DNA of 59,151 nt from Permianibacter sp. (GTDB lineage Bacteria > Pseudomonadota > Gammaproteobacteria > Enterobacterales > Permianibacteraceae): NCBI GenBank assembly GCA_036275115.1, contig DASUEK010000060.1, positions 1 to 59,151 of the forward strand, read 5' to 3'. Below the pieces are notes generated by a model. The model worked only from the letters and a program-made list of their open reading frames with translations. It had not been told where the DNA came from and made no database searches. The position numbers were made by a program, and so were the translations under genes. Of this stretch, positions 10,595-20,147 are shown in pieces; the stretch's first letter is position 1, and each line of letters starts with the position of its first letter.

Positions 10595-12471
10595 TGCGCG
10601 CCCTGTTCCAGCGAGGCTGCTTGCTCGGCGCGCTGATCGCCAGCTTGCCGCTTGCCGCCGGCGATGCGGCCACGCCGGCGTCGGCTTTTGACTGGCAGGC
10701 GCCGATGACTGTCCGCGCCCTGCCGTTCGGCAATGCGCTCTATGAGCACTACCGTCGCGATCAATTTGCCGCCCTGACAGCGCTGATGGTGGCCGAAAAT
10801 CGTCAGCAGCTCGGCGAACACGAGCAAGCCGGCAAGGCGCTGCTCGGCAGTCTGCAGTTGCAGTACGGCATGCTCAACGAATCCGAACAGGTGCTGACCG
10901 GCGCACTCAAAGATGTGCTGCCCGAGTCAGTGCGCGAACAAGTGCTGGTCAATCTGGCCAAGGTGCGTTACCGCGCCAATGATCTTGACGGCAGCCTGCG
11001 TCGGCTCGACGCCTTGCCGCCACTGGCCGACAGCGCGCTGCGCGACGAAGTGGCGTTGATGCGTGCCAACATTTTGCTGGCACGCGGTGATGGTGCCGGT
11101 GCCGCGACGGCGCTGGCGAACGTCAGTAGCGATGGCGACGGCGCTCGCTACGCGTTGTTCAACCTCGGCGTGGCCCAGCTGCAACAAAAGCAGCACGATC
11201 TGGCTCAGCAAAGTTTCGCGACCTTGTTGGCCAAACCGGCACGCGATCCGATCGCCCGCAGTCTGCGCGATCGCACCTATTTGGCGCTGGGTTACGATCA
11301 GTTGCGGCAACAGAATGCGGCTGGTGCGCGCGAGCAATTGCTGCGGGTCCGGTTGGCCGGGCCGTACGCCAACTCGGCGCTGCTCGGGCTCGGCTGGGCT
11401 TATGCCCAAAACGGTTTGTATGCCCAGGCTCTGACGCCATGGCTGGAGCTCGTCTCGCGCCAGCCGGCTGATTTGCCGGTGCAGGAAGCGCGCTTGGCGG
11501 TGCCGTTTGCCTATCAAAGTTTGAATGCCTTGCCAGACGCGCTGGCCGGTTACCAATCGGCACTCCGTGCCTACGAAGACGAGCTGAGCAACGTCGATGC
11601 CGCACTGGTGGCAATTGGTAATGGTGAACTCGCCAGCCTGTTGCCGGCGCTCAGTGCCGACGAGGCGTTGAGTCAATTGCAAAGTCAGGGCCGCGGTCAG
11701 GCGCTTTATCTCAGCCGTTTGCTCAGCAGCCACGACTTCAGTGAGAGCCTGCGCCGCTACCGCGATCTGTTGCGGCTGCGCGAGGTGCTGGCCAACTGGC
11801 AGCGGGCATTGCCCATTTACGATGAAATGTTGCGCAACCATCAACAGCGTTACAGCGAGCGGGCTCCGAAAGTCGAGCAGATGCTCGGCCAACTCGACAT
11901 GACGGCCTACGACGCGCGCCTGACGTCGCTGCGTGCGGCGGTGGAAAACGCCCAGCAACTGGACAACTGGTCGCTGCTGGCAACCGAAAAAGAGCGGGCG
12001 CGATTGCAGCGTTTGCAGCGCGTTGAGGCGAGCCTGCAGCGCTTGCAGGCCAAGCGCGGACCGATGCCGAAGGAGCAGGATCGGGTGCGCCTTGTTGCCG
12101 GTGTGCAGTTGTTTGACATCATTCATGACAGTGCGCCGCGGCAGTGGCAACAGCGGTACGCGCTGCGTGAGACCGAGCGTGCCGTCGCCGAGCTGGCGCA
12201 AGGTCGTGCGCGTTTGTTGGCGGCCCGCGATGTCGCCGCCAACCGCTTTGCCAGCTTTGGCGAGCGCATCGCCCGTCAGCAAGGCGGTGCCGATGGACTG
12301 CTCAAGCGCGCGGAAACCCTGATGCAGAATGAGTCGCTGCGCCTGCAGCGTCAGGCCGAGAGCGAGCTCAAACGTTGGCGCAATCAACTGGCCGAATATC
12401 GCTTGCAAGCCCAGTTGGCGTTGGCGCGTTTGCAAGACAAAGCCAGCTTGGCTCCGGGGGGCGCATCGTGA
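10588..12471 (+). CDS. exported tetratricopeptide-repeat protein (GltC-like)
   Basis: Signal peptide, TPR-like helices (ALFNLGVA, ALLGLGWAY), C-terminal coiled coil. Confidence 0.75.
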   Translation: MVMRALFQRGCLLGALIASLPLAAGDAATPASAFDWQAPMTVRALPFGNALYEHYRRDQFAALTALMVAENRQQLGEHEQAGKALLGSLQLQYGMLNESEQVLTGALKDVLPESVREQVLVNLAKVRYRANDLDGSLRRLDALPPLADSALRDEVALMRANILLARGDGAGAATALANVSSDGDGARYALFNLGVAQLQQKQHDLAQQSFATLLAKPARDPIARSLRDRTYLALGYDQLRQQNAAGAREQLLRVRLAGPYANSALLGLGWAYAQNGLYAQALTPWLELVSRQPADLPVQEARLAVPFAYQSLNALPDALAGYQSALRAYEDELSNVDAALVAIGNGELASLLPALSADEALSQLQSQGRGQALYLSRLLSSHDFSESLRRYRDLLRLREVLANWQRALPIYDEMLRNHQQRYSERAPKVEQMLGQLDMTAYDARLTSLRAAVENAQQLDNWSLLATEKERARLQRLQRVEASLQRLQAKRGPMPKEQDRVRLVAGVQLFDIIHDSAPRQWQQRYALRETERAVAELAQGRARLLAARDVAANRFASFGERIARQQGGADGLLKRAETLMQNESLRLQRQAESELKRWRNQLAEYRLQAQLALARLQDKASLAPGGAS

Positions 12472-15356
12472 TCATGTCGCCCTTTCTTTCCAGACGCCCG
12501 TTGCGGGCGTCACTGTTGTTGTGGGCATTGATTGTGGCGGGCTGTGCCAGCGTGCCGGAAGAGGAGGAGGGGCCGCAGGAGCCTACCCTCGCGTCGCTGT
12601 CTACCGTAAAGCGTCTGCCGCCGGCAGCGCCACTGCCGAAAGTCTCGTCCGATGACGCAAAAGCCAGCTATCAACGCTTGCTCGAGCAGCAGGCACAAGG
12701 CAAGGTCAAGTCAGAAGCGCTGCGCCGACTGGCCGATCTGACCTTGCGTCAGTCCGAAGCCAAAGCGCTGGCGGAAGCCGATGGCGATTTGAGCCAACTC
12801 AGTGCCGGTGAACGCGAAGCCAGCTTTGAAAAGGCCATTACGCTGTACCGGCAGTTGCTGCGCGAATTTCCCGATTACGCCGATCGGGCCGGCGTCTACT
12901 ATCAGCTCGCCAAAGCGCATGATTTGCTCGCCGAACGCGACGCTTCGCTGGAAGCCCTGGCCTTGCTGGCGAAAGAGTTTCCAAACGACGGTCAGGCTGC
13001 GGAGGCGCAGTTCCGGCGTGGCGAAGCGGCGTTTGTCAGCCGCAACTGGGCGGATGCCGAAGCGGCATACAGTGCCGTCATGGCCGCCGGTCGGAGCACC
13101 TTTGCTGATCAAGCGCAATACAAGCGTGGCTGGACCCGCTACAAACGCAACAGTTTTGATCTGGCACTGGAAGATTTCATTCCGCTGATTGAGCGCTTGC
13201 GCAAGAGCGGCGATGCCGATGCCCAGGTGCGTGAATTGCGTGGTGATGCCTTGCGGGTAACTGCCTTGGCGTTTTCCAATCTGGACGGCCCGGCCAGTGT
13301 GCGCGAGTGGTTTGAAAAAGCCGGTGAGCAAAACTACGAGCCGGATATTTATCGTGCGCTTGCGGACCTGTATTTGACGCAGGAGCGATTCAAGGACGCT
13401 GCCGACACCTATAACACTTTTGTCGTGCAACGACCCCTGCATGACGAGGCGCCCGCCTTTTCAACGGCGGTGATTCAGACTTACCAGAAAGGCAATTTTC
13501 CAACCTTGGTGTTGCCGGCAAAAGAAGATTTTGCTTCCCGTTATGGCCGCAACAGCGAGTTCTGGGCGCGTGCACGTGGCCCTGCCCGTGAGCAATTGTT
13601 GCCGCAACTGAAAACGCATATTCGCGATGTCGCGACCCATTACCACGCGGTCGCCCAGCAAAGCCGCTTGCCAACCGATTATCGGGTCAGCGCGCGCTGG
13701 TATCGCGAATATCTCGACACGTTCCCGAATGAGCCGGAAGCGCCGGCGCTGCATTTCCTGCTCGCCGAAGCGCTTTATGACGCCAATGCGCCAGCGGAGG
13801 CGGGCGTCGAGTTCGAGAAAGTGGCGTACGAGTACCCGGCGCACGCCAAGAGCGAGCCGGCCGGTTATGCGGCCTTGGTCAGTTACTCGCATCTGATGCG
13901 GGTAGCTGCCGCGCAAGACGAGAAAGGCAATCCGGTCAAAGGCATTCAGCCTGACCCGCAAGCGTTGGCGCGCTGGCAGCAAGAAGGGATTCGTGCCGGC
14001 TCACGCTACGCCAACACGTTTGCGACGGATGCGAAAGCACCTGTGGTCATGGTGCAGGTCATCAATTGGCAACTGGCGCGTGCCGATCTCGCCGGCGCGG
14101 TCGCAAGTGCCCGGCAGTTGCTGATCATGGATCAGGCCACTGCCGCCCAACAGCGGGAAGCACGCACGGTCATTGCCAATGGCGAGTTCGATCTCGGCCG
14201 ATATGTGGCGGCTGAACAAGGCTACACCGATGCCTTGCGCACCCCCGGTTTTGATGCCAAGGCCATAGCGCAATTCCGTGAACGTCGCGGCCAAGCCATC
14301 TATAAGCAGGGCGAAGCGGCGGTGCAGTCGGCCCAGAAGCAAACCGATCCGGCCTTGCAGCAAGCCGACAAGCGTGCGGCAGTGGAGCATTTCTTGCGGC
14401 TTGGACAAGTGGAGCCGCAATCGCCGGTGCGCGCCAACGCCGAATACGATGCGGCGGCGTTGCTGCTGGATCTCGCTGATTGGACTCGCGCCATCGCGGT
14501 GCTGGAGCAATTTCGCCAGCAATTTGCCAAACATCCGCTCGCGGCAGGGGTCAGTGAAAAGCTGGCGTTTGCCTACGAGCAGTCACAAAACTGGCAGGCC
14601 GCAGCGGCGGAATACGTCAGCTTGAGCAAAAACAGCAGTGATCCGCAATTTGCCCGCGATGCGTTGTTGCGTGCAGCCGACTTCCAGAGCAAGGCTGGCA
14701 ATGCGGCCGCCGCGATGACCATCTGGCAAGATTACCTGAAGCGCTTCCCGGCACCGTTTGCTGACGCCCAGGAAGCGCGCGCCAAGCTGATTGGCTATTA
14801 CGACAGTATTGGCAACGGTGCCGAGCGGGATCGGTGGCGCCGTGAGTTGGTCAAGGCGCATGACGCCGAACGGTCGAGCAAAACACCACGCCAGCTTTAC
14901 CTGGTTGCCCAGGCTGCCTTTGCGTTGGCGGAACCGGCATACGAAACGTATCAAAAATTGAGCTTGAAGCTGCCGCTCGACAAAACCCTGAAAGCCAAGC
15001 GTCAAGCGATGCAAACCGCATTGAAAGCCTATGAGCAAATCAATGCTTATGCGGTTGCGGAATACACCACCGCGGCGACTCATCGGATTGGTGAAATCTA
15101 CCGCAGCCTGGCACAAGCTCTGATGAGCTCGGAACGGCCAAAGGGGCTCGACGCCGACGCGCTGGATGAGTACAACGTGCTGTTGGAAGAACAAGCTTTG
15201 CCGTTTGAGGACAAAGCCATCGAGTTTTTCTCTGCCAATCTCAGCTATGCCAAAGACGGGGTCTATAACGAGTGGACCGAGCACAGTTTGGCGGCACTCC
15301 GTGAGCTTCAGCCGGCCCGTTACGGAAAAACCGAATATGTTGAAACGCAGTTCTGA
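12468..15356 (+). CDS. large TPR lipoprotein (GltD/AgmU-like)
   Basis: GTGA overlap with the upstream stop (alternative ATG at 12474); lipobox VAGC; many TPRs; C-terminal EYNVLLEEQALPFEDKAI. Confidence 0.8.
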   Translation: MIMSPFLSRRPLRASLLLWALIVAGCASVPEEEEGPQEPTLASLSTVKRLPPAAPLPKVSSDDAKASYQRLLEQQAQGKVKSEALRRLADLTLRQSEAKALAEADGDLSQLSAGEREASFEKAITLYRQLLREFPDYADRAGVYYQLAKAHDLLAERDASLEALALLAKEFPNDGQAAEAQFRRGEAAFVSRNWADAEAAYSAVMAAGRSTFADQAQYKRGWTRYKRNSFDLALEDFIPLIERLRKSGDADAQVRELRGDALRVTALAFSNLDGPASVREWFEKAGEQNYEPDIYRALADLYLTQERFKDAADTYNTFVVQRPLHDEAPAFSTAVIQTYQKGNFPTLVLPAKEDFASRYGRNSEFWARARGPAREQLLPQLKTHIRDVATHYHAVAQQSRLPTDYRVSARWYREYLDTFPNEPEAPALHFLLAEALYDANAPAEAGVEFEKVAYEYPAHAKSEPAGYAALVSYSHLMRVAAAQDEKGNPVKGIQPDPQALARWQQEGIRAGSRYANTFATDAKAPVVMVQVINWQLARADLAGAVASARQLLIMDQATAAQQREARTVIANGEFDLGRYVAAEQGYTDALRTPGFDAKAIAQFRERRGQAIYKQGEAAVQSAQKQTDPALQQADKRAAVEHFLRLGQVEPQSPVRANAEYDAAALLLDLADWTRAIAVLEQFRQQFAKHPLAAGVSEKLAFAYEQSQNWQAAAAEYVSLSKNSSDPQFARDALLRAADFQSKAGNAAAAMTIWQDYLKRFPAPFADAQEARAKLIGYYDSIGNGAERDRWRRELVKAHDAERSSKTPRQLYLVAQAAFALAEPAYETYQKLSLKLPLDKTLKAKRQAMQTALKAYEQINAYAVAEYTTAATHRIGEIYRSLAQALMSSERPKGLDADALDEYNVLLEEQALPFEDKAIEFFSANLSYAKDGVYNEWTEHSLAALRELQPARYGKTEYVETQF

Positions 15357-16002
15357 ATACCTGTTGCTGCTTTGTTTGGCCGGTTGCGCTACTACGGCAC
15401 CGCAGCAACCCGTGGTAGCGCCAGCACCGGATGCACCGGCAACGGCTGTCGCTGCACCGGCGTCGGCCAGCGGTGTGTCGACAGCCGCCAACAAACCGGC
15501 GACAGTGGCGCTCGCCTTGCCGTTGCAGAAAAAAATGGACGAGGCGGCCGAGCGACTCATCGCCGGCCAGAAGGATCTGGCATTGGCGCTGTATGCCGAG
15601 GTGCAGCAAACCGCTCCGGAGCATGTATCGGCATGGCTCAACGCGGCGCTCATCAAGCGCGAACAAAAAGAGCTGCCAGCAGCGCTGACGCTGATTGAAC
15701 AAAGTCTGCAACACCGGCCGAATGAGCCGAGAGCGTTGACTCTGAAAGGGGTTGTGCTGCGCGAACAGGGCAAGCTGCAGGATGCCAAAGCCGCGTATTT
15801 GGCGGCCGTTGCAGCGGACGAGACCTATGCGCCGGCACATCGTAATCTGGCCGTGCTGGCCGATGTCTACCTGGATGAGCCTGTGTTGGCGCTGCAGCAC
15901 ATGGAGCGCTATGCCGCGCTGGTTGGCGACGACAAACAGGTCAACAGCTGGGTCACCGAGTTGAAACGTCGGGCGCAGGGCAAAGCGACGGGAGGGCCAT
16001 GA
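15337..16002 (+). CDS. TPR lipoprotein (GltE-like)
   Basis: Lipobox LAGC, Ala/Pro linker, three to four TPRs (AHRNLAVLADVYL). Confidence 0.8.
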   Translation: MLKRSSEYLLLLCLAGCATTAPQQPVVAPAPDAPATAVAAPASASGVSTAANKPATVALALPLQKKMDEAAERLIAGQKDLALALYAEVQQTAPEHVSAWLNAALIKREQKELPAALTLIEQSLQHRPNEPRALTLKGVVLREQGKLQDAKAAYLAAVAADETYAPAHRNLAVLADVYLDEPVLALQHMERYAALVGDDKQVNSWVTELKRRAQGKATGGP

Positions 16003-16328
16003 TGAAGCCGTGGCAGTGCGGGATGGTGTTGACCGTGTTTCCGTTGGTGTTGGCGGCGGCCGATGCCAATAAACCGGACGACAAATCCGAACGTCAAGCC
16101 AAGCCGGCAGCGGGACAGCTCGGCATGAGCGTTACCGGCACCCAGGAAGCACCGCAGGTGCTGTATGTGGTGCCGTGGAAAACGCTGGATGCCGTGCCGG
16201 CTGAGCCATACGTCAGCGGTTTGCTGGACGAAGTTTTCTCACCGGTTGATCCGGTTGTGTTTGAGCGAACGGTGCGTCAGCACGAACAGATTCAGGCGGC
16301 GGCACAACCTGCCGCGGTCGAGCAGTAA
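15999..16328 (+). CDS. small exported protein (GltF-like)
   Basis: Signal peptide; GMSVTGTQEAPQVLYVVPWK motif; lies between the TPR and motor genes. Confidence 0.65.
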   Translation: MMKPWQCGMVLTVFPLVLAAADANKPDDKSERQAKPAAGQLGMSVTGTQEAPQVLYVVPWKTLDAVPAEPYVSGLLDEVFSPVDPVVFERTVRQHEQIQAAAQPAAVEQ

Positions 16329-16380
16329 CGGGTTTACCGGTATTTCTTTTTTTACAGTTTGTCGTAATGAGGACAACAAC

Positions 16381-17052
16381 ATGAGCGGCTTGGTCAAGTT
16401 TTTTCAGGATGGCGGTTTCTGGATGTACCCCATTGCGCTGGTGATGACAGTGGGGATTGTGATCGCGATTGAGCGGTTCATTTACCTGTGGCGGGAACGC
16501 ACCCGCAACCAGCAGGTGTGGGCGGCGTTGCAACCGGCCCTGAACGGCGGCGATTTTCGCAAGGCCCATGAAATTGCCAATCAGTCCGGTGCGGCACTGG
16601 GCCGGATGGTTGCATACGGTCTGCAGCGGGTGAGCTCGGCCCGTCGCGCCGAAGATCTGGAAATGGCGCTGGAAGAAGGCCTGATGGAAATCATGCCGCG
16701 GTTGGAAAAGCGCACTGGCTACATCTCGATGTTCGCCAACATCGCGACCTTGCTGGGTCTGCTCGGCACCATTGTCGGTCTGATCGATGCGTTCGCGGCG
16801 ATCGCCAACGCCAACCCGGCCGAAAAAGCCAACCTGCTGTCGTCGTCGATTGCGGTGGCGATGAACACCACCGCTTTCGGTCTGGTTGCCGCGATTCCGT
16901 TGTTGATGTTGTTCACCTACCTGCAGTCGCAGACTTCGGAAATTGTCGACAGTCTGGAAATGGCGGCGGTCAAATTTGCCAATCTGGTGCGCAAGGCGCA
17001 AACCGAACGCGAAGCGGCAGCTGCCAAAGCGCAAGCCGCGCGGCCGGCCTGA
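16381..17052 (+). CDS. MotA/TolQ/ExbB proton channel (AglR-like)
   Basis: GGFWMYPI, ATLLGLLGTIVGLI and AMNTTAFGL; RBS GAGGA. Confidence 0.93.
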   Translation: MSGLVKFFQDGGFWMYPIALVMTVGIVIAIERFIYLWRERTRNQQVWAALQPALNGGDFRKAHEIANQSGAALGRMVAYGLQRVSSARRAEDLEMALEEGLMEIMPRLEKRTGYISMFANIATLLGLLGTIVGLIDAFAAIANANPAEKANLLSSSIAVAMNTTAFGLVAAIPLLMLFTYLQSQTSEIVDSLEMAAVKFANLVRKAQTEREAAAAKAQAARPA

Positions 17053-17064
17053 GGAGACGCCACC

Positions 17065-17583
17065 ATGCTTCATCGGCGCATACGCCGGAAGCCCCAGGGC
17101 AGCACCGATCTGGACATGACGTCGTTCATGAACCTCATGGTGGTGCTGGTTCCGTTCCTGTTGGCAACGGCAGTGTTTTCGCGCATCACCATTCTCGACA
17201 TGTCTTTGCCCGGTGGCGGAGAAGCGCCGGCCGATGTGCAGGCGCCGCCCTTGGTGCTGGAGATCACCTTGCGCGCCGATCAAATCGAGGTGGGTGATCG
17301 CAACACGGGCTTGATGAAGGAACTGCCGAAGCTGAACGGCAAGCACGACTTCGTTGGCTTGAACAGCTATCTGCAACAGGTCAAGGCGAAGTTTCCGGAA
17401 TTGCTGGATGCCACCTTGTTGGCGGAAGCTGCCACGCCCTATGACGATATTGTCCAGACCATGGATGCCGTGCGCATGTATCAAGTGAAACAGGGCAACG
17501 ACTGGTTACAGGCCGAACTGTTTCCGGCCATCGCTATCGGCAGTGCCACGCCTGATCCGCGCACGATGGGGGCCACACCATGA
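17065..17583 (+). CDS. ExbD/TolR family protein (AglQ/S-like)
   Basis: LDMTSFMNLMVVLVPFLL TM and PYDDIVQTMDAVR. Confidence 0.88.
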   Translation: MLHRRIRRKPQGSTDLDMTSFMNLMVVLVPFLLATAVFSRITILDMSLPGGGEAPADVQAPPLVLEITLRADQIEVGDRNTGLMKELPKLNGKHDFVGLNSYLQQVKAKFPELLDATLLAEAATPYDDIVQTMDAVRMYQVKQGNDWLQAELFPAIAIGSATPDPRTMGATP

Positions 17584-18059
17584 AAGCCTCACATCGTTCG
17601 AAGCGCATGGCCCGTCATCACAAGCGCTTTTCGGCAGCCTCGCTCAGCTTGACCTCGATGATGGATATTTTCACCATCCTGGTGTTTTTCTTGTTGGTCA
17701 ATCAGGGTATCGAACAGCAGCTGCCGGCCAGTGATGCCATCAAATTGCCGGAGTCGCTGTCGGAAAAGTTGCCGGAAGACGCGCTGGTGGTGATGGTCAG
17801 CAAAGATGACATCATCGTGCAGGGCCGTCCGATCATGGCCGCTAGCGCCGCGGAAAAGAGCGACGACGATCTGCTGCCGGCGCTGAAGGAGGAGTTGGCA
17901 TTGCAGCGTCAGAATCGGGTGCTCGGCGCATCGGACAAGAACCCGGCCTTGATCATGGGGGATCGGGAGATTCCCTATCGCTTGCTGAAAAAAATCATGT
18001 ACACCTTGGCAGATGCGCAATACACCGACATCTCGCTGGCCGTGCTGAAGAAGGAGTAA
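17580..18059 (+). CDS. ExbD/TolR family protein (AglQ/S-like)
   Basis: LTSMMDIFTILVFFLL TM with the conserved Asp; IMGDREIPYRLLKKIM. Confidence 0.9.
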   Translation: MKASHRSKRMARHHKRFSAASLSLTSMMDIFTILVFFLLVNQGIEQQLPASDAIKLPESLSEKLPEDALVVMVSKDDIIVQGRPIMAASAAEKSDDDLLPALKEELALQRQNRVLGASDKNPALIMGDREIPYRLLKKIMYTLADAQYTDISLAVLKKE

Positions 18060-18062
18060 GCG

Positions 18063-19094
18063 ATGGCCACCGTCATGCGTATTTCGCCGATCCTGCCTTG
18101 GGACCGGGTGCCGGAAGAAGAGTCGCGCTTCCGCCGCATTTTGCTGGTGATGTTGATCGTGCTGGTGTTGGCGAGCGCCGTGATTACCTGGATCAAGCTG
18201 CCGCCACCGCCGCGGGTGATCAAACCGGTGGTGCCGGATCGTCTGGTCAAATTGGTGGTTGAACAGAAAGCGTTGCCACCGCCGCCAGTTGAAGTGGCGA
18301 AAGTGGAAGAGCCGAAGCTGGAAGAGGTCAAGCCGGAAGAACCGAAACCGGCGGAAGCGGCCAAGCCTGAAGAAAAACCCGAAGTCGCCAAAACGGCACC
18401 GACCGAATCCGGTGATGGCAAGCCGGCTGGCCCGAGTGTTGCCAAAGAAAAAGCGCGCGCCGCGATTGCGGTGTTCGATTCGCTGGCCGATCTGCGCAGC
18501 GATGCGGCGCCAGCGGCGCGCCCGGGCAAGCCGTTGACCAATGCCAGCGCGCCCAGTCTGGCCGGTCCGGGTGATGCGCCCTCCACACAGCGCGCATTGA
18601 TCAGTGATCGGGCCAAGGCCGGCAGCGGAGGCATTGTGACCGCCAAAGCCAGTGTCGATCAGGGCGGTGGCACCGGCATTGCCGGCAGCGGTACCTCGCG
18701 TGTGGTGTCGGGCATTGGCGGTAGTGGTGGTGACGGCACCGGTATCGGTGGTGCGCCGGCGAGTACCACCGCCAGTGCCACGAACACCGGCAAAGGCAGC
18801 GGTGCGCGTCGGACTGATGAGAACATCCATATTGGCTTCCAGTCCGTGCACGGTTCCTTGCAGGCGCTGTATCAGCGCGCTTTGCGGAACAACCCCGATC
18901 TGCAAGGGAAGGTGACGTTCCGGGTTGAAATTCAGCCGGATGGCAGCGTCAGTTCGGCAGAAGTTGTCGCCAGCGATCTCAATGATGCCGAGCTGGAGCG
19001 CAAGTTGTTGGCGAAGGTGCGGCAGATTGATTTCGGTGCCATGAATGTCGCCGTTTGGAAAGACACCTATCGCGTGGACTTCTTCCCGACATGA
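18063..19094 (+). CDS. TonB/TolA-like energy transducer with AgmX/PglI-type C-terminus (GltG-like)
   Basis: Single TM, Pro/Glu/Lys then Gly-rich linker, C-terminal LYQRALRNNPDLQGKVTFRVEIQPDGSV. Confidence 0.85.
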   Translation: MATVMRISPILPWDRVPEEESRFRRILLVMLIVLVLASAVITWIKLPPPPRVIKPVVPDRLVKLVVEQKALPPPPVEVAKVEEPKLEEVKPEEPKPAEAAKPEEKPEVAKTAPTESGDGKPAGPSVAKEKARAAIAVFDSLADLRSDAAPAARPGKPLTNASAPSLAGPGDAPSTQRALISDRAKAGSGGIVTAKASVDQGGGTGIAGSGTSRVVSGIGGSGGDGTGIGGAPASTTASATNTGKGSGARRTDENIHIGFQSVHGSLQALYQRALRNNPDLQGKVTFRVEIQPDGSVSSAEVVASDLNDAELERKLLAKVRQIDFGAMNVAVWKDTYRVDFFPT

Positions 19095-20101
19095 GTGGAG
19101 CGAGTATCGCGCTGTCCCTCCGCACTGCACGCACTGCCGTCTGTTTGACGGCAGTGCTGTTCAGCAGCTTTCTGCAGGCCGCCTGGTTCAGCCACGACTT
19201 CAATGTCATGGGTACCACTGCCAAGGTCGAGTTGTGGCATGAGGACGAAACCGAAGGGCGCCGCCTGCTGCAACTTGTCGAAGCGGACATGCGCCGCATC
19301 GATGAGGCCATGAGCCCATACAAAGAGACGAGTGAGCTGTCGAAAGTCAATCGCGAAGCGGCGTTGCAGCCGGTCGTGATCAGTCAGGAATTGTTTGAGC
19401 TGCTGAAAACCTCGGTGCGATTCTCGGAATTGACTGACGGCGCATTCGACATCACCTTTTCCAGCGTCGGTTACCTGTATGACTACCGCGCCGGCAAGCA
19501 ACCGGATGACAAAACCATAGCCGAGCACCTGCCGGGTATCAATTACCGGCATTTGATCCTTGATGATCAGCAACGGACCGTGAAATTTGCCCGGCCCGGT
19601 GTGCGTATTGATCTGGGCGGCATCGGCAAAGGTCATGCGGTCGACAGTGCCATCGCGCTGCTGAAACGGCATGGCGTCGAACATGCGTTTGTCAATGCGG
19701 GCGGTGACAGCTATGTGCTGGGTGATCGGGGGGGCCGGCCGTGGTTTATTGCCGTGCGTCATCCACGCGACCGCCAACGCCAACTGGTGTCGCTGCCGTT
19801 GGTGGATCTGGCCATCTCGACCTCGGGCGATTACGAGCGCTTCTTCATTGATGAAAACGGCGTGCGCCAGCATCACATCCTGAATCCCAAAACCGGCAAA
19901 TCGGCCGTCGAAAGCCAGAGTGTCTCGATCATCGCCAACAACTCGACCACGGCCGACGCGCTGACCAAAATCTTCTTTGTCCGCGGCCCTGATGCGGGCA
20001 TGAGCCTGATTAACCGGTTGGGCGACGTCTCGGCCATCGTGGTCGACAAGAACGGGCGGGTCTTGTACAGCAACGATCTGGTGGAGCCGACGGCGCGCTG
20101 A
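19091..20101 (+). CDS. apbE: FAD:protein FMN transferase
   Basis: MGT, DLGGIGKG, STSGDYERF, HILNPKTG and ADAL; ATGA overlap with the upstream gene. Confidence 0.95.
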   Translation: MSGASIALSLRTARTAVCLTAVLFSSFLQAAWFSHDFNVMGTTAKVELWHEDETEGRRLLQLVEADMRRIDEAMSPYKETSELSKVNREAALQPVVISQELFELLKTSVRFSELTDGAFDITFSSVGYLYDYRAGKQPDDKTIAEHLPGINYRHLILDDQQRTVKFARPGVRIDLGGIGKGHAVDSAIALLKRHGVEHAFVNAGGDSYVLGDRGGRPWFIAVRHPRDRQRQLVSLPLVDLAISTSGDYERFFIDENGVRQHHILNPKTGKSAVESQSVSIIANNSTTADALTKIFFVRGPDAGMSLINRLGDVSAIVVDKNGRVLYSNDLVEPTAR

Positions 20102-20147
20102 GCCGGCGACTTGCGTCACCGGCCGATCGCTGTGATAGGCTGAACGC

